NCBI GenBank assembly: GCA_902635945.1
Contig: CACPPU010000001.1
Location: 299,453-363,452 of the forward strand
Source: an uncultured Candidatus Actinomarina sp.
Lineage (GTDB): Bacteria > Actinomycetota > Acidimicrobiia > Actinomarinales > Actinomarinaceae
Reading direction: 5' to 3'
DNA: 64,000 nt
A program made the position numbers and the translations under genes. Positions 60,699-64,000 of the stretch are shown in pieces. Every line of letters starts with the position of its first letter. The first letter of the stretch is position 1. Under the pieces are notes generated by a model. That model ran no database searches, had not been told where the DNA came from, and worked only from the letters and a program-made list of their open reading frames with translations.

Positions 60699-62030
60699 TT
60701 ATACTAATTCAAAAGACTTGATTATATTCTCTAAACCCTCTTTTGCATCTGCAAAAAGCATTTTTGCATTGTCATTAATAAATAGTGGGTTTGCAATTCC
60801 TGCATAACCAGGTGACATAGATCTTTTTATCACAATAACTTGTTTTGCTAGGTCAACATCTAATATTGGCATTCCATAAATTGGTGAATCTTCATCAGTT
60901 CTCGCTAATGGATTAACAACATCATTTGCTCCAAGCACTATTACAACATCTGTTGAGGAAAACTCAGAATTGATATCCTCTAAAGTGAACATATCTTCAT
61001 AATCAATATCTACTTCTGCTAAAAGAACATTCATATGTCCAGGCATTCTTCCAGCAACTGGATGTATAGCAAACTTCACTTCAATATTTTTATCTTTTAA
61101 GGTGTTTGTTAATTCTTTAACAGCTGCCTGTGCTTGAGCTACTGCCATTCCATATCCCGGAACAATAACTACAGATTCTGCGTAGCTTAATTGAATTGCA
61201 ACATCTTCAGGTGAGGTACTAATTGGATCTTTTTCATATTCATTGTTAATATTCGTAGTTCCAAAACCACCTTTAAGAACGTCTCTAAGCGTACGATTCA
61301 TTGCAGCACACATAAGGAGTGTAAGAATTATTCCTGATGCGCCCACTAAGGCGCCAGCTACAATCAAAATAATACTATTTACAATAAAACCTGCCGACAT
61401 TGCAGCAATTCCAGATAGCGAATTTAAGAATGCTATAACAACTGGCATGTCTGCTCCACCAATGACGGCAACTCTTATAACTCCAGCAATTAATGCAACT
61501 AATATTATAAATTCCATTAAAAGGTCATCCATTTCTAAAACAGCTGGAATAACAATTATCGTAGGTAGAAACACTGAAAATATATCTGCTAATTTTTTAT
61601 TGAAGTTATTTAGTTTGCCACGTAGTTTCATTACAGCCACAAGGCTTCCCGAGAATGTAAATATTCCAATAACCATTGAAAAGATTGCTACGAAAACATC
61701 AGAAAGTGGTAAAGAATTACCGGAGAGCTCAACATATGCAATTGCACCGGAAGCTCCTCCACCAAAGCCATTAAACAAACCAACTAGTTCTGGCATTTGT
61801 GTCATCTGAACTCGTTTTGATATTAAAACTCCAAGAAGTCCTGAAACAACAATTGTGATATAAAAAGCAGAATCATATTTTGAAAAATCAAAATTAAATG
61901 CGCTAAAAACAGCTAATGCCATGGCCAACATAGCAAAAGTATTTGCTCTATGTGCCGTTGACGGTCTTCCAAAGAGTTTCAAAGCAAAGATAAATAAAAC
62001 AGATGAGACAAGTAGTATTATTTCAATCAT
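60699..62030 (-). CDS. pntB: NAD(P) transhydrogenase beta subunit
   Basis: MTQMPELV, IGGADMPVVI, PGYGMAVAQAQ, HPVAGRMPGHMN and GANDVVNP. Confidence 0.97.
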   Translation of the reverse strand: MIEIILLVSSVLFIFALKLFGRPSTAHRANTFAMLAMALAVFSAFNFDFSKYDSAFYITIVVSGLLGVLISKRVQMTQMPELVGLFNGFGGGASGAIAYVELSGNSLPLSDVFVAIFSMVIGIFTFSGSLVAVMKLRGKLNNFNKKLADIFSVFLPTIIVIPAVLEMDDLLMEFIILVALIAGVIRVAVIGGADMPVVIAFLNSLSGIAAMSAGFIVNSIILIVAGALVGASGIILTLLMCAAMNRTLRDVLKGGFGTTNINNEYEKDPISTSPEDVAIQLSYAESVVIVPGYGMAVAQAQAAVKELTNTLKDKNIEVKFAIHPVAGRMPGHMNVLLAEVDIDYEDMFTLEDINSEFSSTDVVIVLGANDVVNPLARTDEDSPIYGMPILDVDLAKQVIVIKRSMSPGYAGIANPLFINDNAKMLFADAKEGLENIIKSFELV

Positions 62031-62310
62031 TTTTCTTAAACATTTCTAATATTCGACCAGTCACTGAAAACCCTCCAGCAATATTGAGAGTTGCAAAAGC
62101 TATTGCAATTAAAACAATAATTTTAAGCAATTGAGAATCTCCTACTTCTGGGTAGATAAGAATTGCTGCAATCAATGTGATTCCAGAAATAGCGTTGGAA
62201 CCAGACATCAACGGAGTGTGTAATGTCTGTGGAATTTTAGATATTAGTTCATATCCAATAAAGCTTGCTAAAAACGTTATCAACAATGTAAGTAAGAACG
62301 TTGCTTCCAT
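62023..62310 (-). CDS. pntA: NAD(P) transhydrogenase alpha subunit, membrane part (split alpha-2)
   Basis: LHTPLMSGSNAISG and NIAGGFSVT. Confidence 0.95.
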   Translation of the reverse strand: MEATFLLTLLITFLASFIGYELISKIPQTLHTPLMSGSNAISGITLIAAILIYPEVGDSQLLKIIVLIAIAFATLNIAGGFSVTGRILEMFKKND

Positions 62311-63323
62311 TATGAACTCATCTCCACAAAAATCTCATCGTCACTATTTTCTATATACAGCTCAATTAAATTTCTTATATTCTCTGAATACAGCTTTGTA
62401 GCTGCATGTTTAACAGTGTTTAAGATATCTGTTTCACCAACTATCTTTACACCATTAATCTCAACAACTTTGTCCACCTCTGTGCCTTCACAGTTTCCAC
62501 CAGTACCAGCAGCTAGGTCAATAATTACAGAATTCTCTTTCATGTTTTCAACAGTTGACTTTTCAATCAAGACAGGTGCTTTCTTTCCTGGTATTTGAGC
62601 AAATGTCAAAACAATATCACTATCAATTACTTGTTTCTTTAATGCTTCTTGAATTTTCTGGTTCTCTTCTTCTGAGACTTCTTGTGCGTATACGCTATCT
62701 TGAGCTTCAGTACTTGCTTCAACAAATTTAGCACCTAAAGACTCCACTTGGTCCTTGGCCTCTTTTCTAATATCAAAAGCCCACACTCTAGCCCCAAGTC
62801 TTTTTGCAGTGGCAATTGCTTGAAGGCCTGCAACTCCTACTCCAAGAATTAATACTTTTGACGGCTGTATATTTCCTGCTGCAGTTGTCATCATTGGTAC
62901 AACGTCTGATGTCTCTTTTGCTGCTCGTAAGACTGAGGCGTATCCAAGCAAGTTTGCTTGAGAAGAAAGTGCGTCTAGGTTTTGAGCTCTTGAGATTCTA
63001 GGAAGTTTAAAAAAACTCAATACTTTCAGATCAGGTCTTAAACTTTTTATCTCTTCGATCTTTTCAAAATCAAATATACCAATTAGAACTGCTCCTTCTT
63101 TAAGTTCCTTTATTGTTTTATCCTGGATATTTTCTACACAGGCAACAATGTCTAAATCGCTTAAGTTAGATATAGTTTTTACATTGTCTAGGGATGAATC
63201 TGCATAATTTAGAAAATCAAATATATTTTTCTCCAAATGAACATCGAATGAATATTTCTCAATTGATTCAGGGTGTATTGGGGCCCTATATCCATCAACA
63301 TCTGTTAAAAATCCTATTTTCAT
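62310..63323 (-). CDS. pntA: NAD(P) transhydrogenase alpha subunit, NAD-binding domain I (split alpha-1)
   Basis: PRISRAQNLDALSSQAN, MMTTAAG, GVGVAGLQAIATAKRLG and IDLAAGTGGNC. Confidence 0.95.
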   Translation of the reverse strand: MKIGFLTDVDGYRAPIHPESIEKYSFDVHLEKNIFDFLNYADSSLDNVKTISNLSDLDIVACVENIQDKTIKELKEGAVLIGIFDFEKIEEIKSLRPDLKVLSFFKLPRISRAQNLDALSSQANLLGYASVLRAAKETSDVVPMMTTAAGNIQPSKVLILGVGVAGLQAIATAKRLGARVWAFDIRKEAKDQVESLGAKFVEASTEAQDSVYAQEVSEEENQKIQEALKKQVIDSDIVLTFAQIPGKKAPVLIEKSTVENMKENSVIIDLAAGTGGNCEGTEVDKVVEINGVKIVGETDILNTVKHAATKLYSENIRNLIELYIENSDDEIFVEMSS

Positions 63324-63378
63324 ACTTTCCTAGTTTAAATATGCTGGCAACTTACTAAGAATTAAATAAAATACATAC

Positions 63379-64000
63379 ATGAATATTGCTGTCTTTAGTG
63401 ATAAGTTTTCTGGTACATTAAGCGCCATAGAAGTGCTTAATATTGTTCAAGGTAAGTTTTTGGATTCAAATATTAATGCAGACTTTTTCAGCGTTACCGA
63501 TGGTGGGCAAGAAAGTACAGAAATTTTTAAAAGTCACAATTTTCAAACTCATGAAAGTTTTGAAGCTTTGAATTGTGATAATTCTCTCTCAGTAGTTGAA
63601 TCATTAAACATAAATGGGAGTGTTTTTTTTGAATCAGCTCAATTAATTGGTGTTGATTCAGAAAATGAATCCATGTCGATAAATACAGGATGTTTGCTTG
63701 AGGCAGTTCAAAAAACAGAAGTTCTTGGAACAGGTGGCTCAAAAACTATTGATTTTGGAATAGGACTCTTAAGTAATTTGGGTATGGAATTCCTCTCTAA
63801 TGGTGAAACTATAGTAAATCCTGTTCCCAAAGACTTTTCTTATATAGATCAAATTAAAGCAACAAATTTTAAATCTAATTTAGAAAATAGAATTTTAAGT
63901 GATACCAATATTTCTTTGCTTGGTGAGAATTCAGCTTTTGATGTTTTTGGACCTCAAAAAGGTTTATCTGAGAAAGATATTGAGAAACACAAATTAGAGG
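63379..64000 (+). CDS. Glycerate kinase (GlxK/GarK family), truncated by window edge and absent from the ORF track
   Basis: Hand-translated open frame MNIAVFSDKFSGTLSA...VTDGGQES...GTGGSKTIDFGIG...VFGPQKG matches the family motifs DSFKGSL, ADGGEG, GGSATND and FGPQKG. Confidence 0.85.
   Translation, partial: MNIAVFSDKFSGTLSAIEVLNIVQGKFLDSNINADFFSVTDGGQESTEIFKSHNFQTHESFEALNCDNSLSVVESLNINGSVFFESAQLIGVDSENESMSINTGCLLEAVQKTEVLGTGGSKTIDFGIGLLSNLGMEFLSNGETIVNPVPKDFSYIDQIKATNFKSNLENRILSDTNISLLGENSAFDVFGPQKGLSEKDIEKHKLE

Noticed and set aside
60699..63323. Split pntA as a possible broken gene
   Set aside because: The three-gene alpha1/alpha2/beta arrangement is a normal transhydrogenase organisation, and the genes are coupled by overlaps.

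Overview
AT-rich, very compact bacterial chromosome segment with overlapping genes and short intergenic gaps. Gene content suggests a streamlined marine actinobacterium such as Ca. Actinomarinales (inference): a short DTE rhodopsin beside a photolyase and thiol-disulfide genes, eno-divIC-DUF501-ppx-tRNA-Leu(UAA) synteny, InhA-type FabI and a sufB-sufD-Rieske-sufC operon. In order, the window holds: the end of a pyrimidine operon with unusually small pyrD- and pyrE-like genes; suf-fumC-rpiB; an orphan DNA methyltransferase; a heterodimeric ABC exporter; a split-barrel-oxidoreductase::MenA fusion plus menG; tlpA-dsbB-rhodopsin-photolyase; a sugar ABC system with a frameshifted ATPase; two tRNAs; the mfd-mazG-eno region; a biotin/ACC/FASII cluster; a tandem trypsin-like lipoprotein; ppdK divergent from an archaeal-type GAPDH homolog; a mosaic surface protein with an IF2-N-like head; TetR; pntAB; and a partial glycerate kinase. 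The most notable signals are (1) two matching Rex/CRP-type palindromes heading the convergent menaquinone and rhodopsin units, (2) the oxidoreductase::MenA fusion, (3) the IF2-N-headed surface protein with its own perfect palindrome, (4) minimal pyrD/pyrE, and (5) the archaeal-type GAPDH/PPDK pair. No CRISPR array, rRNA or mobile element was seen. All calls come from motif recognition, without database searches.
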